From Octopus sinensis (lineage: Eukaryota): a stretch of DNA of 64,000 bases. The DNA lies in assembly GCF_006345805.1 (NCBI RefSeq), contig NC_042997.1, positions 206,894,001 through 206,958,000 of the forward strand, written 5' to 3'. Positions 63,175 to 64,000 of the stretch are shown here, piece after piece. The number at the start of each line of letters is the position of its first letter. The stretch's first letter is position 1. The position numbers and the translations under genes were made by a program. Under the pieces are notes generated by a model, which was given only the letters and a program-made list of their open reading frames with translations, did not search any database and was not told where the DNA came from.

Positions 63175-64000
63175 CACGTGCCAGGGGGAGAAAATAGAAG
63201 AAGTTAATAGCTTCCGCTACTTGGGCAACCAAGTCTGTATTGGGTGTGGTTGCTCTGCGAATGTAGCAGCTAGAATAAGTATAGCCTGGGCAAAGTTCAT
63301 AGAGCTCCAACCTCTGCTGGAAACTAAGGGTCTCTCGTCCAGGATAAAAGGCAGACTTTATGATGCATGTGTGTGAACTTCCATGCTACACAGCAGTGAA
63401 ACATGGGCTATGACTGCTGTAGACGTGCATAGACTTGAAAGAAATGAAGCTAGTATGATCCGCTTGATGTGTAACATCAGTGTGCATACACGACAGGGTG
63501 TAAGCGCTCTGAGAGAAATGTTGGACATAAGAAGCATCAGATGTGGTTGCACTGGTATGGTCAAGTGTTACGTACGGATGAAAACAGCTGTGTGAGAAAG
63601 TACCACACCCTAACTGTGGAAGAAACCTTTGGAAGAGGTAGACCCAGAAAGATGTGGGATGAGGTGGTGAATCATGCCCTTTGAACATTGGACCTCACAG
63701 ATCCAATGGCAAGTGACCTTTGGAGATATGCTGTGAAATTGAGAAGACCTGGCAACTAAAGTCAGATTGCAGCCATTACCGATGCCAGTGTTGCATGTCT
63801 GGCCCATTTAAGAGTACCCTTGAAGCATCAGGCAATATAATATGCTTCAAAAGACCTGTTGAGTGAAGGAAAACCAAAATCGTAGTTGGTGCCTCCTGAT
63901 TGGCTTCCGTTTTGGTGGCATGTAAAATGCATCATCCAAACCTGGTTGATGCCAGCGTCCCTTGATGGGCTCCCATGGCAGTGTCATATAAAAAGCAATA
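63175..64000 (+). mobile_element. RTE-X-like LINE C-terminal fragment and start of 3' UTR
   Basis: [59 protein letters not shown]. Confidence 0.8.

Overview
Eukaryotic, AT-rich, repeat-saturated DNA. The SINE and RTE-tail families look like Octopus/cephalopod repeats; this is recognition from memory, not a database search. No host protein-coding gene, rRNA, tRNA or CRISPR array is supported. Bases 1-29.7 kb are about 258 copies of a 115-bp satellite, almost invariant to about 21 kb and increasingly diverged, with local higher-order duplications, towards its right edge. The monomer appears to be the 3' body of a tRNA-derived SINE, and that SINE's degenerate tRNA head still abuts the array border in matching orientation. 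Bases 29.7-64 kb are a stack of nested transposon remnants: R4/Dong-like, RTE, CR1/L2-like LINEs, SINEs, mariner, hAT, pogo and a MITE. They also include a Penelope-like element whose 3' pseudo-LTR holds five fixed-spacing CCAAT/CRE modules, a TATA box and a candidate U3-A8 hammerhead ribozyme. Further right are a Tc1 with a solo LTR in its TIR and a Helitron cluster with an exact head-to-tail dimer junction.
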